Source: Girardia tigrina (lineage: Eukaryota). From it: a stretch of 62,253 nucleotides of DNA. The stretch spans positions 6,538 to 68,790 of the forward strand of contig MQRK01219172.1 in assembly GCA_001938485.1 (NCBI GenBank), written 5' to 3'. Below the pieces are notes generated by a model, which was given only the letters and a program-made list of their open reading frames with translations, searched no databases and was not told where the DNA came from. Numbering within the stretch: the stretch's first letter is position 1; each line of letters starts with the position of its first letter. The translations under genes and the position numbers were made by a program. Below, in pieces: positions 1 through 12,766 of this stretch.

Positions 1-116
1 CAAAAATGTATTGATGCCAACGGTTCATACTTTGATTAATAAACTTTTGTTTCTGTGAATTTGCACGTCTTTGAAGTCTGTGTCCCAAAACCGCCATTAT
101 TTTTCGACCAACCTAA
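1..116 (+). mobile_element. mariner 3' end (transposase C-terminus plus right TIR)
   Basis: 1-39 reads QKCIDANGSYFD*, a typical mariner C-terminus. The TIR ...ttttcgaccaacctaa ends at 116 and is followed by TA. Confidence 0.85.
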
Positions 117-307
117 TATATATTGTCATATTGTTATATTTGCAGTGTACCCGCTGAGCCATTTCATAATTGAATTTAAAAATTGGCGAGTTTTATATTA
201 TTTATTAATAGAAACACATATTTGTTCTTAAAAGAATCCTTATTTCAAGATTACAATATAATATTCAAATCAATCAATAAATCAATTATTCGATATTTCA
301 AGTTCAC

Positions 308-726
308 CTTGATACATTTGATCGTGTCGATTAAACTGTCAGTGAATTTATATTCCGATTTCCCACTGACGAAATTTTCTTTCCAATTAATCGATTTTTT
401 AATCGATCTTCGACAACTGAAATTCACAAAAATTCACAATAAAAAACCGAAATAATAATTATCGATTAATTAATTAGCCGAAATCGATAAAAATAATCAA
501 CCAAAAAGACCTGGAATCGATCGGACAATCGGTGATAATCGGCCCCGATTTCCTATCGTATTGTCCAATCGATCGCGCTGCACATTCAAAAAATTTGATT
601 TTTATCAACCACAAAAATTGCGATAAATCGTTTACTTTTCGAAATGATTTCATTTCTTTCTAACACTTCGGCGGCTTTAATTAACGCATCGATGTTTTCG
701 TATCGCTTCGATTGATCGTCATACAT
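308..726 (-). CDS. putative 5' exons of a Mad/Mxi/Mnt-like (Max network) repressor with Sin3-interaction domain; gene continues beyond the window start
   Basis: Exons 726-636, 577-511 and 416-308 are joined by GT-AG introns of 58 and 94 nt with compatible phases (1, 2), giving an open 89-codon frame. NIDALIKAAEVLER matches the Mad1 SID NIQMLLEAADYLER. No bHLH-Zip is visible in the window. Confidence 0.5.
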
Positions 727-1819
727 CAAAATCGAGTTTTTATCGGGTTTTTTTACTATTGAACCAAATGACCTTGAGTAAACCGTAAATATAACTCTGT
801 TTATCAACAAGAGTTTGTAATAATTAAACAAATGTATTCTTGTAATTAAATTCTTTTTAATTATAATGAATGGATTATTACAAATAAATTTAAAAATTGT
901 GAAAACAAGAATAGTTGGGAAATATGCACACAGTACAAACACATCTCACAATGAGAAATATTAGATTCGCTAGCTCGAAGAAAAGAGTTTAAAAGTAGTG
1001 AAACTCATTCTTCAAGCATACTGTTTGTAAAATCACTAGCTTAACTCACCCTATAACGAAGAAGAGTAATACAAAAAATGGGAATAATTAAAGATGTGTT
1101 GGGGTTTCGAGGTGACTTTAGACTTTTATAAAAAGAAATCAAAAATAAGACCGAATTTATGTTTTAAAATATTTTATTTATACTACACATTTTACAGATA
1201 TTTGTTAAAATTCAAAAGAAATATTTGAAAAAGACTTAAGCTTATATTAATAATTTATATTTTTGATAGGCCAGGAAAAGAAATTCTTTCACCCGAGCAA
1301 ATTTAAGTATATAAAAATATAGTTACATTAAATATATAGAAATTATATACTAAATCGCACTTTTTCAGAATTTCACGTCTTTTTACGAATTGACCTTTTC
1401 TTTTTATACTACAATGTTTAAATAATGTTTAAATATAAATCAACTAGGCCAGGGTTCAATTTTAATTAGTATAATTTTTCTGTTTTCTTTAATATTCGAT
1501 ATAACTTTGACTTCTTTTAACCTTCTCTTTTCTTACTATTAAAATAATTTTTTGTCCATTACTTGAAATTTCTTTTCTTCTTTATATTCCTTTCTCATAT
1601 ATATTTTTTCTTTATTTATGACTTTAATATATCTATTTACTTTTTGATATAAATCATTTCTCTTTTTTTATTAAATTAATTACATTTTTATCTAATTTAT
1701 TCCAATTATTTATATATATTTTATCTTTAATAAGATAAAAGAGTAAATATCTCTATTTTACTCTAATTAATTAAAGCACGAATTTGATAAAATACTTTTA
1801 TTAAATATTATATTCAACA

Positions 1820-2354
1820 GATGCTCAATGGTAACGTCTTTATGATTGTGGCTTTGATTATGCTTGCATAGTTTTATATTTGAATAGATACAAAACCGGT
1901 ATTGATAGGAAATCGAAAACTGAATTGCCGAAAATTATTCAAAAAGACCTAGCTATTAAACACCAAGAAAATTTGAGAGTCAAGCTATAACGGAAGATTA
2001 GAGGAACATGACATATGTGGAAATCTATCCAAATTACGGCTTACTGGGGAATCCAGAGACCAAAGGCACTCAAGCTTTTTACAACTGTACCCCCGATCTC
2101 AAATAATTATCAGACATTTCGTTATCAATAGCTTTTCAAAGCTCCCTTATTCATTGATTGTGCTGACTTGGCAATAAATCCCAATGTAAGCTACATTAGA
2201 GTAGAGCCTTCAAGCTAGGATCAGATACAACTCACCGTATCTCAACTGAGTAATGGCAAGGCTCTTGGATTGCTGGGGGGGTGATTGCGGAGGCTTTGAA
2301 ATGTGGAGAGCAATCACTCATTAAAAAACTGAGGCATAATTTTTAAATGAGATG
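1820..2354 (+). mobile_element. degraded RTE-like LINE fragment, upstream half, interrupted by the gypsy element
   Basis: Near 2250-2320 it reads NGKALG..VIAEALKCGEQSL, similar to the GKAPG.DGI.AE.LK motif preceding LINE RT. It resumes after 8108. Confidence 0.5.
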
Positions 2355-2457
2355 AGTTAGATAAAATGTTGTTTTAATAATTATTTGATTATGTAATTAC
2401 TTGTCACATTTTTGAATTATTTAATAAATTTTATTGCAGATGACTGATTTTCTTACT
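2355..2457 (+). repeat. 5' LTR (AGT...ACT termini)
   Basis: Direct repeat of 8006-8108, followed by a PBS-like sequence. Confidence 0.9.
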
Positions 2458-2924
2458 GACGACCACACCGAAATAAATGCAGTTACCAGAGCGAAGCGAG
2501 AAGAACGACAGAAAATATTTTCCAATTTGCCGCAGAAGACACAAGTGTTGTTGGTTCCTAGACCAACATTTTTGATGGAGTATCCGATAAAGCTGAAGAC
2601 TTGATTCAAACGACCAAAGATTTTGCAATTTTCAACCACATGGAATTGAATTTTGCATTCGATATGTTACTGTGAGGGGATGCCAAGAAGTTATGGCAAT
2701 AATTCAGTAGCCACAGAGATAGTATTGCCAATGAAGAAATGGAAAAATGGTTTTCCGAAACGTTTGCTGATGTGCGGACAGTTTGTGACAAAATGAAAAA
2801 TATGTCATCCGTTTAATAAAGAGCTGACGAGAAGTACCGAAGTTTTGAGATTATAGTTCGGAAAATGGTGGATGACATTTTCAATCTAAAGTTATCCGTA
2901 GGAGAAATGACTCGATTATTTGTA

Positions 2925-4443
2925 CAGTGCGTTCAGAAAGTCACGGTGCACCTTTCATTGTCTGGTTTATTTTTAGATAATCAGCGTTGTAGCAGACTTT
3001 TTAAATGCAAATTTCTATGAAATCGAACTGTGAAATAGATTCGTGAACAAAAAACATACCTACACACTTTGACCTTGACACTGAGCGTTTTAAATTTTTT
3101 TAAAAAAAATATCATTTTGATATTCAATCTAATCATTGACGAAAGTGAATTTATTGTGAAGTTAATTCCAATTGAAAATAGTTTTGTCAACGGAGGAGAG
3201 AATATTTTTGATTGAACATGTCTTTCGTGCGAATGATGAATACACAGAAGCAGTGAAGGAAAAATTTGCCGAAAAGNNNNNNNNNNNNNNNNNNNNNNNN
3301 NNNNNNNNNNNNNNNNNNNNNNNNNNNNNNNNNNNNNNNNNNNNNNNNNNNNNNNNNNNNNNNNNNNNNNNNNNNNNNNNNNNNNNNNNNNNNNNNNNNN
3401 NNNNNNNNNNNNNNNNNNNNNNNNNNNNNNNNNNNNNNNNNNNNNNNNNNNNNNNNNNNNNNNNNNNNNNNNNNNNNNNNNNNNNNNNNNNNNNNNNNNN
3501 NNNNNNNNNNNNNNNNNNNNNNNNNNNNNNNNNNNNNNNNNNNNNNNNNNNNNNNNNNNNNNNNNNNNNNNNNNNNNNNNNNNNNNNNNNNNNNNNNNNN
3601 NNNNNNNNNNNNNNNNNNNNNNNNNNNNNNNNNNNNNNNNNNNNNNNNNNNNNNNNNNNNNNNNNNNNNNNNNNNNNNNNNNNNNNNNNNNNNNNNNNNN
3701 NNNNNNNNNNNNNNNNNNNNNNNNNNNNNNNNNNNNNNNNNNNNNNNNNNNNNNNNNNNNNNNNNNNNNNNNNNNNNNNNNNNNNNNNNNNNNNNNNNNN
3801 NNNNNNNNNNNNNNNNNNNNNNNNNNNNNNNNNNNNNNNNNNNNNNNNNNNNNNNNNNNNNNNNNNNNNNNNNNNNNNNNNNNNNNNNNNNNNNNNNNNN
3901 NNNNNNNNNNGAAATCCTTTCTGCTTTCATCGACCAGTTAACTGAAGAAGAACGATCGACTGGCTATTTTCAACAGGATGGTGCAACAGCACATACCGCA
4001 AACATTTCGCTTCGTTTTTTGAATGAGATATTCCCGAAGAGAATCATTTCCAAAGGAATTTGGCCACCAAGATCCCCAGATCTAAGTGTTTTGGACTTTT
4101 ACCTGTGGGGAGCGATAAAGCAAAAGGTTTACCGAAACAAACCACAAACTTTGCAAGACATACGTGATAACATCCTACACCAAATTGAAGCCATCACCCA
4201 AGAGGAAATCCATCGAGTGTTCGAAAAGTTGATAAGTCGAATTAACGTTTGTATTCACGAACTTGGTGGGCATTTCCAGCAGTTGTTGTGATTATTTTCT
4301 TGTTATTTTTAATAAATTAAGAGACGGTCATTGTTCTTCACATAAAATTGACTATTCAAAATATTTTGTTATTGATTTTTAGAACACAGGATATCGTTCT
4401 TGTTTTGAAATTGCAGGTGCACAGTTACTTTTTGAACGCACTG
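2925..4443 (+). mobile_element. Tc1/mariner-superfamily transposon (rosa/maT-related, DD38D spacing) inserted in gypsy gag
   Basis: TIRs cagtgcgttcagaaagt / actttttgaacgcactg with TA TSD on both sides. Transposase ~3172-4291 (gap 3277-3910) has QQDGATAH...WPPRSPDLSVLDFYLWG. The gag frame rejoins when the element is removed. Confidence 0.93.
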
Positions 4444-4998
4444 TATTTCAGGGACTGAAATGTGACAAATTGAGAAAGTCTTTTGCATTGGATCCTTCAT
4501 TAAGTGATGATAGGCGGCGAGAACTGGCTAGCAATTTGAAAAAAATTGACAGTGCGTCAGGAGATCAATGCGGTCAAACCCAAGTATGCCAATATGATAT
4601 CCAGAAATACCAAACCAGAGTATGCGCGTCAGTTTACACAGCCCAGTCATTCTGTACTACAGCCGTCCCGAATTCCAGACAGATCACAGCCTATTGTCGG
4701 TAATAATGATCGTTTTTTTGATAATAGATATTTGCGTCACACAATCCCATCTCGAAATCAGTCTTAAGATCGAAATGGTCAGAATAATAGGCCTCAGATA
4801 TCTATGATAATGATAGCAAAGGAGTTTTATAATAAGTGTAGAGGTATTGCCCCGCCGAATCCGGAGGTTCTCCGTCCCGGCGCATGTTTCTGTTGTGGAG
4901 ACATAACCCATCAAAGAAGAGAATGTCCCTTGAGAAATCGTTGAGAAATTTGACAACAAAACCAAATCAAATTTCCCAAAGAAGAATAATGTGCATCC

Positions 4999-7900
4999 AT
5001 GATGATGAAACTAATGACCCGATCGAAGAAAAATTACAGGAAATTGAAGAAGATAACGATGAAAAAACCGATATCAACCCCTCGTGCCTATCTCGTCGGT
5101 GGGGTTGAGTCAGTAAATATTATTGAAGGCAGAGATAGAGGACGAAGAATGAGACAGGTGATGAAAAGGGGGATGTTCCAGAAGGCAGATGGTAGAATAT
5201 GGAGTTTAATGAATTGTAATGGAATTAATGTTGAAATGTTATGGGATTCCGATGCTTCAATCACAGTTATGAGCGAAGATAACTGGCATCGCATAGGAAG
5301 ACCAGATATGCAGAGATCAGACATAAAACTTTCAGGTGTTTTTTCTACAAGTCCTGAAATGTATTTAGGTAAAATATATGTTGATATTTTGTGGGACGGT
5401 GTTAAGGGGAAAAAAGGAATAGTGATTGTGCGAAATATATCCCCTGAATTTATTGGATGAATCGATATGATGAGAATGTGTGGCATAGGCTTAACGGAAG
5501 TGAATACTATAGATACTTCTGACGTGGAATTGAAATTTAATAATCGTGATCCTATTACTGCCGCATTAAGGAGTTTAATTGACAAGCCAAACTTGCCATT
5601 AACTTTACTTGTGAAAGAATATGGATCAATTTTTATGGCTTCAAAATTTGATTTAGGCCACACAACGGTAATCAAACATGAAATCCGGACTACCGGTCCA
5701 CCAATTTCTGCAAATCCTGGACGCCAGCCCATGCATCTTGAAGACAAGATTGATAAATTAGTTGTTGATTTATTAAAAGCTAATATTATTAAGTCATGTA
5801 AGAGTCCTTGGAATTCTCCTCTGGTTATTGTACCGAAAAAAGATGAATCCATCAGAATGTGCTTAGATTTTAGACGACTGAATAATGTTACGGAGAAATT
5901 TACATTTCCTATGCCGGATATTTACATATTGTTAGATACTTTAAGGGGTCAGTAATGTTTTCGTCCATTGATTTAGGCCAAGCGTATTATCAGGTGGAAC
6001 TGGATGAAGCATCAAAATTAAAAACAGCTTTTAGTACTAAAAGCGGTCAATTTTGTTTCAATCGCTTACCGCTTGGATTATGCACAGCTCCCGCAACTTT
6101 CCAGAGCCTTATGAATTTATTGTTTAATGATTTTCTTTATAAATGAGTTATTGTATATTTAGACGATATAATAATTTATGCTAAGAATGAGGAAGACCAT
6201 TTAAGTATATTAAAACAAGTGTTTACAATAATTAAGCAATCTGGTTTGATAGCAAACCCAGATAAATTTGTTTTTAGAACCAGAAGACTTAAGTTTTTGG
6301 GACACCCAATCAGCAACAAGGGCGTTGAAACGAACGATGATAAAATCAAAAAGATTATGTAAGCTCCAAGCCCAGGATGCAGTACACAGCTGAGGTCATT
6401 TTTAGGGTTAGCAAACTATTATCGGCGGTTAATTAAAGATTACGCATTAATTACCGCATTAATTACCGTATGCTATGCTGAGTGAAAAAGAGAAAAAAAT
6501 TCACTGGACGGAAGATTGCAAGTCGAGTTTTAATAAGTTGAAGAATGAATTAACAACAGCTCCAATATTAGCATATCCGGATATGAAGAAAACAATGATT
6601 TTAGACACGGATGCAAGTTTTGGAGCTACCGGAGCAGTTTTGAGTCAAAATGATAATATTGAGAACGACAAAGTAATTGCATTTGCATCTAGAACTCTAA
6701 ACGACCACGAAAAAGGTTATTATGTAACTATAAAAGAATTGTTGGTGGTTCATGAGTTTATAATGTATATCAGGCATTATCTTTATGGGAAGAAATTTTT
6801 AGTCCGCACTGATTATAAGGCTTTAACCTATATGACAAAAAAAACAAGCCTATTAGTCCACAATTGTAGACATGGATTACTAATTTATCTAGTTTTAATT
6901 TTATTTTGGAATATCGGAAAGGAGAAGAGCATACTAATGCTGATGAACTTTCAAGAATTGATGAAAACTATGTACTCAATGTTTGACACGTCATCACGGA
7001 ACAAAGTCAAAAAAATCAAAAGTAAAGTTTATAGACACCATAGAAACAGGAGATTTGAACAATGAAGACATCAGAGCGATACAATTGTCAGATTCAATAT
7101 TGAAATCAATACATCAATGGCTTGGAGGTTCCTCTCAGAATATAAATATGGAAGTGAAGAAAAGTAAATATTTCAAGAATTTGGATCAATATGAATTGAT
7201 AGATGGAATCGTTATGAGGAAGAATGAAAGACACTACAGATATTAGTCCCATAAAATTATACAAAGAAGTTAACCCAGTATATTCACGAGGAGTTGTGTC
7301 ATCTGGGAAGCAAAAAGTTAGTTGAATATATTCAGGAAAGCTATTATTGGTCAAACATGAGTAAAACTATCGAACTCATGGTACATAGATGTGAAATCTG
7401 TGCAAAAATAAAAACATATTCGGGGCGTACAAAAGAGTTATTGATACCACGAGAAGATTTTGGGCTGCTGGAACAAATGATAATTGATGTAGCATACGTC
7501 TCAGAATTCAAATCCAGAGCGAGCCATTCGAAATGTACGAGATTTGTTGGTTACATCTTTGAAGAATAAGAAAGAAAAAATAGCGTGGGAGAAGATGATT
7601 CCAAAAATAGAGTTTTCAATAAACGCAACATATTAGAGCTCAACTAAACGTTTACCGTTTGAAATTGTGTTTGTGAGGAAAGTTATTTTACATGGGTTAC
7701 CACCATCAAGCAGTACTGATAATGATAAAATAATTTTAGAAACGAAATTTGAATCAGGAAAGGCGGCAAACAAACTTAAAAAATTAGAAGCAAGAAGAAG
7801 AGGCCAACGAGATTTTCATATCGGTGAAAAAGTTTTAGTAAAGAAAGAACCTCACAACATGAAGAAAAATGGAAGCAGACATGATGGGCCTTTTCAATTT

Positions 7901-8011
7901 CTTGAATTTTTAAGTCCACATCAAGAGTTGATTGATTTTCCAGGCAAACCAAAACCAAGAAGAATTGAATGGTTGAAGCGCATCCTAAATTCTAATGGAG
8001 AGGGAAGTTAG
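4999..8011 (+). pseudogene. gypsy pol pseudogene (PR-RT-RH-IN)
   Basis: ORF fragments 4999-5460, 5467-5955, 5955-6146, 6475-7065, 7294-7569 and 7667-8011 carry successive pol motifs. Confidence 0.9.
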
Positions 8012-8108
8012 ATAAAACGTTGTTTTGATAATTATTTGATTATGTAATTGCTTGTTACATTTTTGAATTATTTAATAAATTTTATTGCAGATGACTGATT
8101 TTCTTACT
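8006..8108 (+). repeat. 3' LTR
   Basis: Matches 2355-2457 and is preceded by a polypurine tract. Confidence 0.9.
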
Positions 8109-8600
8109 ATGCAATTTAGATCTTATTCAGTTCAAGGCTGCACGGAGAAGTGCAAAAGAGGTAACTCTTTTCATTGAAAAGCGTTCAAGATCCGATTGGA
8201 ATAATTATAGGGATATTTCCTTTTTGATGTAACTAACAATGTTTTTGAACGAATTCTCGTAAATTGAATCCTATTAGTGATGGAACAAAGATTAGATCCC
8301 TTCCAATTTAGTAAGAGGTACTCTATAGACCATAAATATACTTGGGAAGATACAGGAAGAGAAACTACAAAATATGTCATTTTAGCGATCTGGAAAAGGC
8401 TTTTTATAGTTTCCCATGTAAATTCCTTTGGTCAAGTCTGAAAAGATTCGATCTAACCGATGAAGTTCTTTGTTTGATTAAAATATTCCATGAGAGTTAT
8501 GAGAATTTTTGGAAAGAAGTGTTAGAAAGGGATATGTGATTGGACCTCGTTTATTTAACTTGGTCTTCAATAAAGTCACTAAAAGGGCTATATCAAAAGA
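8109..8600 (+). mobile_element. degraded RTE-like LINE RT fragment, continuation of 1820-2354
   Basis: RSDWNNYRDIS, VFERIL, FSDLEKAFYS and LFNLVF resemble LINE RT domains 1-4. Confidence 0.65.
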
Positions 8601-8717
8601 TTTTGATGTTAACGATAGTGATACTTAAATACAATTCAATATAGATTAGCATATTCAAATAATTAATGTTTATTCTGATATCAATTGCTAGTTAAAAATA
8701 AGATCTCTCATTTCCTT

Positions 8718-8792
8718 TATGTGTCGATTTAAAAATATGTCGAATTAAAAAATATGTGTCGAATTGTCTTGTGTCAAATTGTCATGGAACCC
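8718..8792. mobile_element. MULE-like terminal fragment with subterminal tandem repeats
   Basis: Repeated gtgtcgaatt(g) units end in catggaacc, the same terminus style as 28381. Confidence 0.4.
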
Positions 8793-9500
8793 TAAGTAAC
8801 ACATTTTCCAAATTGGAATTAACTATAAATGCTATTAAGACAAATGTTTGTCTATGAAACCTTCTGATTCTAGAAATTTCATAAATTTCTTTGACTGCGC
8901 TTTTGCTTAAACATGTATATTGTGTAAAAACGTTTATTTTTGAAACATTGTAAGATAACAAGAAAATTTCGTCAATGTTACCATCGCTTGTTTCATTCTC
9001 AATTGCTGTGTCTGATTTATGTTTTGAGTAATCAGAGATCTCAACAGCATAAGGTAACTTTGGTAATCTCTGAGGTTTTGCGTGATATTTTTCTGAGTAA
9101 TTTGAAAACGATTGATCGATTTGCAGTTTGCATTACGATTTTCCAATGTGTATATTATATAAAATTATTGTGAGTCAGTAATATTATCATATTCTCGGTA
9201 ATATTTCGTTTCTAAAATATACCGTGAAATTGGAGATTCATAAAGATAAATATGCCAGTACTTTGACCCTAATCGATACCGCATTTTGAATGCCCTTCAA
9301 GCCTGTGACGAAATTTCTATGACTGAACAATTCGGTTTTGAATTCTATTCATAGTATCTGGTTGCCGATAAAGTTTAGGTGGTCTCCAAACGCAACAACG
9401 ATAAATCATCTTTAAAAATTCATAAACGGGCCCCATATCATTTTATTAGAACTACTACTGATCAAATCGAGCATTTCCCTTACAGTCTAATATGAAAGTA

Positions 9501-10812
9501 TAGGGTTACCTCATAAGTTTTTCGCAAAAAAACCCTAAAATACAATAAAATATAAAATATTTTATCAATCGTCCACGTCGTGCAAATGCGAAAAGTAGTC
9601 GCCATTGTGCTCAATATATCTCAGCCAAAGCACAGAGAGCCTGTGTATCCCATTTTGGAAAACAATCACGCGGTTTCTTGTCAAACAAATGTAGAAGATC
9701 TTCGTTGATATCGTTGAGACCGGCATAATTCTTTCCTCTAAGTGCATATTTCATTGGAGAGAATAGATATTAGTCAGATGGTGATAGATCGGGGGAGTAT
9801 GATGGATGTGGTAGAACGGTGAATCCAAGCGCATTCCGCTTGTCCTTGGTCTTAGCAGCCACATGCGGACGAGCATTATCGTGGAGATAATGAACATTGT
9901 GGTGTCCTCCATGGAACAACCGTCTGCGCCTCTACTGAACGGCGATAATAAGACGATCCAGCTGAGTACAGTAGACATCCGCACTGATTGTAGCATTTGA
10001 AGGTAAGACATCTAACAAGAGTAGTCCTTTATTGTCCCAAAAGATGGAGGCGAGATGCTTTCGGTTTGTCAGTCTTCATGCCGGTGTTGCAAGTGAGTTT
10101 TCATCCGATTTTCTCCTTGATCTATTTTTGAAAGCGCCTTCGTTGTCCCAGTACACCCATATCTCCTCGTAGGTGATGATTTGGGACAGAAAATCATTCC
10201 GGTGATAACTATCCAATATCTGTTGATACATTCTTTTGCGATTATTCTTGTTCTGTTGCGTCAGAGCGTGTGGCACCCAGCAATTTTCCAGGTATCGGTA
10301 TCCCATTACATTTAAGTGCCGGCACACCGTAGTTTTATCCTGATCAATTCCCTCTGCAATGTTCCTCGTTGTTGTACGCTTGTCTTCTGTCGGAAACTCG
10401 ATTATCTTCTCGTTTATGTCAAGAGAGCCCCGCCCTTCGTAGACTTGATCGTCTGTGTTAAAGTTGTTTTCACGAAAATTGGAAATCCGCCTTTCACATG
10501 TTCTCTTTGAGACTGTTCCAACCCCAAGGGCCGTATTAATTTCGTCAGTCATCTGTGAGGGTGTTAAATCCCTTTTCCAGCAATAGTAAATTAATTTACG
10601 AATATCAGAGAGATTAAAGTCCATTATGATGATGAAAATGTGCGAAATTTACGAAAATACTATTATTTTATTAAAACAAAAATTTATTTAGAACAGAAAA
10701 TAAAAATTAATGGACATAAGTAGATTGCAAATGCTATTTTATCTAATTCACATTTTATTAGGGATTGCAAATATATAAGAATTATTTATGTGACGCAAGG
10801 ATATTTTCAGTT

Positions 10813-10862
<50 letters not shown>

Positions 10863-10889
10863 CGCGACAAAACTTATGAGGCAACCCTA
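9501..10889 (-). mobile_element. mariner (DD34D) element, degraded
   Basis: TIRs tagggttacctcataagtttt / aaaacttatgaggcaacccta with TA TSDs. Transposase from 10624 has WVPHAL and [12 protein letters not shown] (frameshifted). Confidence 0.92.
10817..10862. repeat. (TA)n(TG)n microsatellite inside the mariner 5' end
   Basis: Direct reading of the sequence. Confidence 0.95.
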
Positions 10890-10909
10890 TATCTAAAAAT
10901 GTTTCAAAC

Positions 10910-11236
10910 GTGTATCAAGAGAGCAAGCTGCACATTCCATTCCTGTTATAATGAATTCACTGAGCAGAAGGAGACATAAAAATGTACATCTGGATATGGG
11001 GCATCAGAGATAGAGGGGTGGTGGTTAATGTATATACCCTATAGCGAACTGCTACAAAAGTTATAAACTAAAAGATGATTGCAGTGGCATATGTTAATTG
11101 ATCATTGAATAAATGTTAATGGTACCAATAGTACCTTACACGCACGAAACATTTCAGACGAAAGACGTTCAGATACGAAACGTTCAAATCGAAACGTGGG
11201 CATGCACTGAAGATGCACTGTACTCTTGCATCCTAG
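10910..11236 (+). mobile_element. possible non-autonomous Helitron-like element
   Basis: Short cagacg/gaaacg repeats, then hairpin GATGCA-n9-TGCATC (11212-11232) immediately followed by CTAG|T. The left boundary is uncertain. Confidence 0.3.
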
Positions 11237-12289
11237 TATATATTTTTGAGGTTTCCACCTGATACAGAGTCAATGATTAACTACCATGTGTGCTGAGTAT
11301 CGTAGTTTACAATATATAAACAGTTATTCGTGATAATCAGTGGAGGCTTATAAACTTGAAAAGGAACTCACACACTCGAAATTACTACTAATTTCCAATA
11401 GGAAGCACTTTGTCCATAAAAGGTTGTGTTATAAATATGAAAAAAATGAGATTGATTATAACTTATTACTTATATGATACAAAGTCGATGATATGAACAA
11501 TGACAATTTATCAAAGGCAAAGAAATAACTACTTATCAATGAAAAAATAAATTTAGTTTCAATTATTTTTACTGTTTATTTAATTTTTATAAATACATAA
11601 CGAAATGATTCAGCTCGTACGCCTCCTTTTACTCTTATTGAATAGCTCTTTCATCATATCGACATTCTCTTGTTTAACCATATTGATAATTTTTCAATTT
11701 TCAAAATAAAGTCCTTTATATAAGTTAGAATAGATTAAATATGTTCCGCAATTGCGTAACAAGAATCAGCGATTACGCACAGAAATGTTTTGTAATTGAA
11801 ATTGACCCTACTCATTGGCGGGTCAGATCTTATTGCATAATTATGTCATTCTTTGTTCTATTAACATATTTTTTAATTCAGACCATATAATTAAATACTT
11901 ATTGTGTTTTTGTATTTAAATATAGTTTTTATTAATCTATTTTTTTAGTTCCTTTACTATATAAATTTGTGATACTTAAAATTTCGAATAATACTCACAA
12001 TTAAAAAATATCGATAATTAAAAATTAAAAAATGTAAAATAAAGAAAGAAAATGAGTTTAAATACTAATTGTTACCTTTTGTATTTTTAATAAATTTTGA
12101 AAGTAACATATTTTTTAAATTTAGACAATAGAATACTCAATTAAATACTCAACTTTACATATTATTTGCCTGAAAAGTTTGATCCTTTACTTGAATTGTA
12201 ATTCAATGAAACCTGGCTGAAACCTGATCAGGTCAGTTCCATCTGTACTACTGTGAAACATTTATACTTTACCACTGAATCCATCATCA

Positions 12290-12600
12290 TCTGAGGAAGG
12301 TTCTGAATTGTTAATTTTATATTTTGCATGTAATGTGTTGATTTGGATTGTATCTCTCCTAAACAAATGACTGATTGGTATTTTCTTTAATTTTTTCTAT
12401 TTTAAGTAATGCAATTTAATTTAAAGGACAAATAATTAAAATATGTTTCAAAGTTAATTTTTATTATTTTTAATGTAATTTAAAATTTTTATATATTAAT
12501 TTAATTGCTACTTCTTTTTTTTAATGTATTGATTTAATTGCAACGAATGAGAGTTCTGATAATAAATTTATATTATAAATATGTTCCCATTTGTTTTCCC
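12290..12600 (+). mobile_element. older degraded LTR of the TGTGAGGAAT family
   Basis: tgaggaagg...tgttgatttggattgtatctctcctaaacaaatgactgatt resembles the LTRs at 30474 and 47199. Confidence 0.45.
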
Positions 12601-12766
12601 TATATTACGATGATATTCAGATAGATTATTAATCAAGAAAGATTTCGAATAGTGGCAGTGATTTGAAGAATTGTTGTAATTATACTTCTACTTGTAATAG
12701 TAATAAATGCTCGAAAAATCATATTGATGCAGTTAATAAAGACTATATTTTTTATATTATTTTACT

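Larger units (their letters stand above)
2355..8108 (+). mobile_element. Ty3/gypsy LTR retrotransposon, degraded, integrase core deleted
   Basis: 103-bp LTRs at 2355-2457 and 8006-8108 (4 transitions between them). PBS-like TGACGACCAC at 2457 and PPT ggagagggaa before 8006. Domain order is gag, protease (LWDSDAS), RT (CLDFRRLN, YLDD), RNase H (ILDTDAS), IN Zn finger, GPF; many frameshifts. Confidence 0.93.

Noticed and set aside
183-455. 90-aa plus-strand ORF
   Set aside because: Low-complexity F/I/K-rich frame antisense to the better-supported minus-strand exons.
3172-3945. Long X-filled ORFs here and at 47561-49651
   Set aside because: Artefacts of N gaps; only the flanking residues are informative.
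5088-5852. 254-aa minus-strand ORF
   Set aside because: Antisense shadow of gypsy pol with no recognisable domain.
11140-11236. CTGAAGA and GAAAC motifs suggesting a hammerhead ribozyme
   Set aside because: No GAAA follows stem II and stems I/III cannot be formed.
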